From the NCBI RefSeq assembly GCF_044704955.1, contig NC_091988.1, positions 191,890,001-191,954,000 on the forward strand: a stretch of DNA of 64,000 nucleotides, read 5' to 3'. This DNA comes from Pristiophorus japonicus. Lineage: Eukaryota. Shown one piece after another: positions 60,143 through 64,000 of the stretch. The first letter of the stretch is position 1, and every line of letters starts with the position of its first letter. A program made the translations under genes and the position numbers. A model generated the notes under the pieces. It saw nothing but the letters and a program-made list of their open reading frames with translations. It ran no database searches and had not been told where the DNA came from.

Positions 60143-62455
60143 TTGTAGAGCTGTTGAGTTGGGAGTGGCTTAGCCAGTCACGTGATGTTCACAAGACGCA
60201 ATAAAACCCTGGCCAGTTGATCCACGATGAGGCAGGTGGTTGTGAGCCTGGTGGAAGAACTGGTAATGTGCAGTGTGATGGTTAAATCTTTTGCTAATAA
60301 ACCAATTAGTTCTTAATAGAAAATGTGTTGCTACGAATACTTAAGCCAAGAACCCATAAAGCAAATACATTACAGTACCCGTCAATGCTTTAGAATTTAT
60401 CTGAGAGCTCTTCAGGGGAATTTTTAAAAACTCATTTGTTTATTTTTGGGTTTTTTTGTCTTTGAAGTTGTCGACGGATCGCTGGTCAAAACCTAAACTG
60501 TCAAAGCTACAGCCCATTGAGCGAGCCACCACTGGACTACAGACATTAAAGGCACTTTCTGCTACCTGTTTTCTGCTGAAGCCTAGCCTCTGGGCCTTGG
60601 GTTTTTTTTCCCTTCCATTTCCTGTGGTTTCTTTTCCATGAGCAGTTGTCACGATGTTTCTTTACTGCCAGACCGCGGTGCGACATCGTCAGATTCTCTG
60701 CTTCCCTTGGTTTGTTTGATAAATTGGGATCAGGGGTCACTCAGTCGGAGACTTGAGAGATTGCAGGCTCCTGACACAAACTTTATTAGTTTTTTACTGC
60801 ACATTCCATTTTTGGAGACGCACCACTTGTCCCACCGGAGAGCGACTATTGTCAGGTAACTGAGGTTTAGTAATATAACTTTTGACAGGGCTATTTTTCA
60901 CAAAAATATGCATTAATTAGCCCAGTGCAAGTGAAGGCATCACGATATAATTTCCCTCCTGTCTCGGTCACAGCCACCATCCCAATGTGGAGACGGCAGA
61001 AAATGAAACTTCCCTTCTTTCAGTCCCAGTGTGTGCAGACAATCTTCCTGTAGGGGGTTCTGCTCTCTTTTGTTCCGAGTGCTTGTCAGTTTAATTAAGT
61101 ATAAATGCATTCTTTCATTTTGTTTGCTTGCCTCATGATTATGGAAGAAAAAATGGTTCTCTCGGCGAACGTACATTTTTAATCAAGGATGTGCTGTACG
61201 GTGATTCAGTGTACCAGCCCTTCCAAGTTTTAATCCCATTCTGAGAAATTGTGGCTTCTTTTATTTTCCTCAATGAATTATTTATTGTTCTGCTTCTCCT
61301 ATTTTTAATGGAGCACTTTTAGCCACAAGTAATTTTGAATATGTCAGTATATAAGTGGATCACTGTTTGACAGTCCACTTAATGCATGCAGAAAGTAAAT
61401 GACTGGGGAAAAGAGGTTGGATTGATTAGAAAGTTAGAACCTGGTGCTTGATCATGCATGGATGCCAACTCCGACACACTGGGTTTAAAGTAATAGCAAG
61501 ACTATTAGTCTAACACAAAATGCATTAAAAGTGAAATCTATTACTTTTTCGCAGATAGGGCAAGTTAAAATGTGAGCAATGTCTTTTCTTTGTAGTCTTT
61601 TACCCAGAAGCAATGTATCATCACCAACTACATTTTAACATTTTTATTTAAGCTATTGACTTTCAGCGTTAATGTTACTTCCCCCCCCCCCACTCCCCCT
61701 GTTTCATTATACATGGACATCTTACATCATAGTCTGACTCTCAGCTTATTGACTCCACGAATTCAGTGGAACTGCCATATACGAGAGGCTCTACAGAGGG
61801 TCATTGAAGGAAGGAGTGATGGCATGAGGCGCCTGAATAGTTACATTTTCATTTTAGCATCCGAATATGCGTCCCTTGCACATTAGATTTGTATTTTTGT
61901 TTGAAGGATGCAAGAATAGGTTTTGTGATCTGCTGCACTAACCCTGTCTGTGTACACAGTAGTGCACTGGACTGGTGGAGTGCTCTTGCTTTCCTTCACC
62001 CTTTGTAGTGATGACAGCTACAACACTGGCCTCATATCTAAGAAAATGTGGGATTGAATCCAGTGAAAGTGAAGGATGGCCCCTTGTAGGTTTGAAACCG
62101 GTGCAAAGGAGAGTTGAAAGTCTTCTCCTTGTGGGTGTATGCCTAGTGTACCGAATGAGTTTCAAAAATTCAATCTGATGACTGTTATAGAGCAGGATGT
62201 TGATCACCATGGAGTAGGCAATAGCGGACATGAATCCACGGAACAAAACTGGCCCATTCATGTGACTCAGTTCAATAGGAGAAGCTCTGAAAGTGTTGAT
62301 GGATAATGGAAATACAATTAAATAAAAATGCTGCGTCCTCTTCAGAGACTGGGCCACATGGGGAGAAGAGAGGCTTCCTTCAAAGAAAGATTGCTGGGAT
62401 TATGTTTATCAAGGTATTTAACAACAGTTAACATCCAATTTGCTCTGGTTCTACT

Positions 62456-63308
62456 CATCATCATAGGCAGTCCCTCGAAATCGAGGAAGACTTGCTTCCA
62501 CTATAAAAGTGAGTTCTCAGGTGACTGAACAGTCCAATACGGGAATTACAGTTTCTGTCACAGGTGGGACAGACAGTGGTTGAAGAAAAGGGAGCCTGGT
62601 TTGCCACATGCTGCTTCCGCTGCCTGCGCTTGGTTTCTTCAAGCACTCGGCGACGAGATTCGAGGTGCTCAGCGCCCTCCCGGATGCTCTTCCTCCACTT
62701 AAGGCGGTCTTGGGCCAGGGATTCCCAGGTGAGGATGTTGTACTTTATCAAGGAGGCTTTGAGGGTGTCCTTGAAACGTTTCCTCTGCCCACCTGGGGCT
62801 CGCATGCCATGTCAGAGTTCCGAGTAGACCGCTTGCTTTGGGAGTCTCGTGTCGGGCATGCAGACGATGTGCCCACCCATCAGAGCTGGTCGAGTGTGGT
62901 CAGTGCTTCGATGCTGGGGATGTTGGCCTGATCGGGAATACTGACGTTGGTGTGTCTATCCTCCCAGTGGATTTGCAGGATCTTGGGGAGTCAGCATTGG
63001 TGGTACTTCTCCAGTGCTTTGAGATGTCTACTGTATATGGTCCACGTCTCTGAGCCATATAGGAGGGCAGGTATCATTACTGCCCTGTAGACCATGAGCT
63101 TGGTGCCAGATTTGAGGTCCTGGTCTTCAAACACTGTCTTCCTCAGGCGACTGAAGGCTGCACTGGCACACTGGAGGCGGTGTTGGACCTCCTCGTCGAT
63201 GTCTGACCTTGCTGATAGTAGACTCCTGAGGTATGGAAAATGGTCCACGTTGTCCAAGGCCGCGCCATGGATTTCGATGACTGGGGGGAGTGCTGTGTGG
63301 CGGAGTCA
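62456..63308 (-). mobile_element. RTE/BovB-like LINE 3' fragment
   Basis: DHFPYLRS...LLYGSETW...CPTCDRNCNSRIGLFSHLRTH; (ATG)n tail; TSD GGTTCTACT/GGTTTTACT. Confidence 0.93.
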
Positions 63309-63317
63309 GGTTTTACT

Positions 63318-63680
63318 GCTGACTCGGTGAGTAATTTAACTATTTGATATAGTACTGATCTGTACAGAAGGTCCTGGGTTTAACACCTGGGCAGGGTTGA
63401 GTTAACTGATCTCCGGCTGTCTGGGTGGTTGGACATCCTCAGGCTAGGGAGAGGAAAAGTCAGGCAGGGTTCCTGTTCTTTATTGCTATCAACTGGTCCC
63501 GGTTAGAAATGAGATGAACGTAGGATCAGGCTCAATTATGATGCACGCGTAGTAAGAAGCCAAGCCACGTGTCTCAACGATAAAGAATGCCCACTTGAGT
63601 GAGGTACTGGAGGGATGCCACCCCCTTTTGTAACTGTATCCCAACACCACTCACTCGGCTCAGGAGAAAGGGAGATTAAA
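63318..63680 (+). mobile_element. Ancient tRNA-derived SINE (same family as 50757)
   Basis: GACTCGGTGAGTAA, GAAGGTCCTGGGTTTAA, GAGTTAACTGATCTC and GGCTAGGGAGAGGAAAA. Confidence 0.6.
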
Positions 63681-64000
63681 ATGTGCCGGGGGGGTGGAAT
63701 CACTTTTTGCCATTTTTAAAGCACAGGGAAAATAGGTGAGTCACAGAACCAGAAGGTTTTGTTTTTATAAAATACTGTTGGAAAAATAACAGAATATTAT
63801 TAAAAGAGTCATCATTAATCGACTGCAGATCTGACATTTTGTTTAATATGAATTTCAAAATCAGAGTTAACTGCAAAAAATTTGTAAATGTCTATGGAAA
63901 AAATGAATGCCTGTATATTTACTATGGGACGTGTTCAGCAATAGGCAGAAACCACAGTCTATTCAAGAGGAAATTAAAGCCACAATGCCTCATAGTAAAA

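Larger units (their letters stand above)
57709..60374 (+). mobile_element. Solo LTR (~266 bp when reassembled) interrupted by three Tx1 insertions
   Basis: TGTAATGTAT...ATACATTACA termini (TG..CA, 10-bp inverted repeat); perfect 5-bp TSD GTACC (57704-57708 / 60375-60379); AATAAA at ~60200 and ~60296. Confidence 0.85.

Noticed and set aside
57743-60156. CRISPR-like reading of the four TTGTAGAGCTGTT repeats
   Set aside because: Eukaryotic context; the spacers are Tx1 fragments of 51-1695 nt and the repeats are explained as TSDs.
61938-62357. 139-aa minus-strand ORF in unique DNA
   Set aside because: No recognisable domain; length is compatible with chance.

Overview
This is vertebrate nuclear DNA, most likely from a cartilaginous fish (shark); that is inferred from the repeat content: CR1 LINEs with ATAGAAAC-type tails, SacSINE1/Deu-type SINEs, L2, RTE/BovB and Tx1 LINEs. 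No host protein-coding gene is recognisable, and most of the window is nested transposable elements. The best signals are: (1) a solo LTR (57709-60374, GTACC TSD) hit three separate times at the same 13-14 bp site by Tx1-clade LINEs, pointing to a target-specific LINE that parasitises an LTR retrotransposon; (2) a 79-bp templated insertion in one RTE copy, copied from the flank of an inverted RTE neighbour 2 kb away and bracketed by a 15-bp duplication; (3) a 5'-inverted (twin-priming-like) RTE; (4) a Harbinger-derived element carrying a three-exon Myb/SANT-like gene but no transposase, plus a separate Harbinger transposase relic and several GC-rich TIR elements with promoter-like motifs. All family assignments come from reading the sequence by eye, and boundaries of old repeats are approximate.
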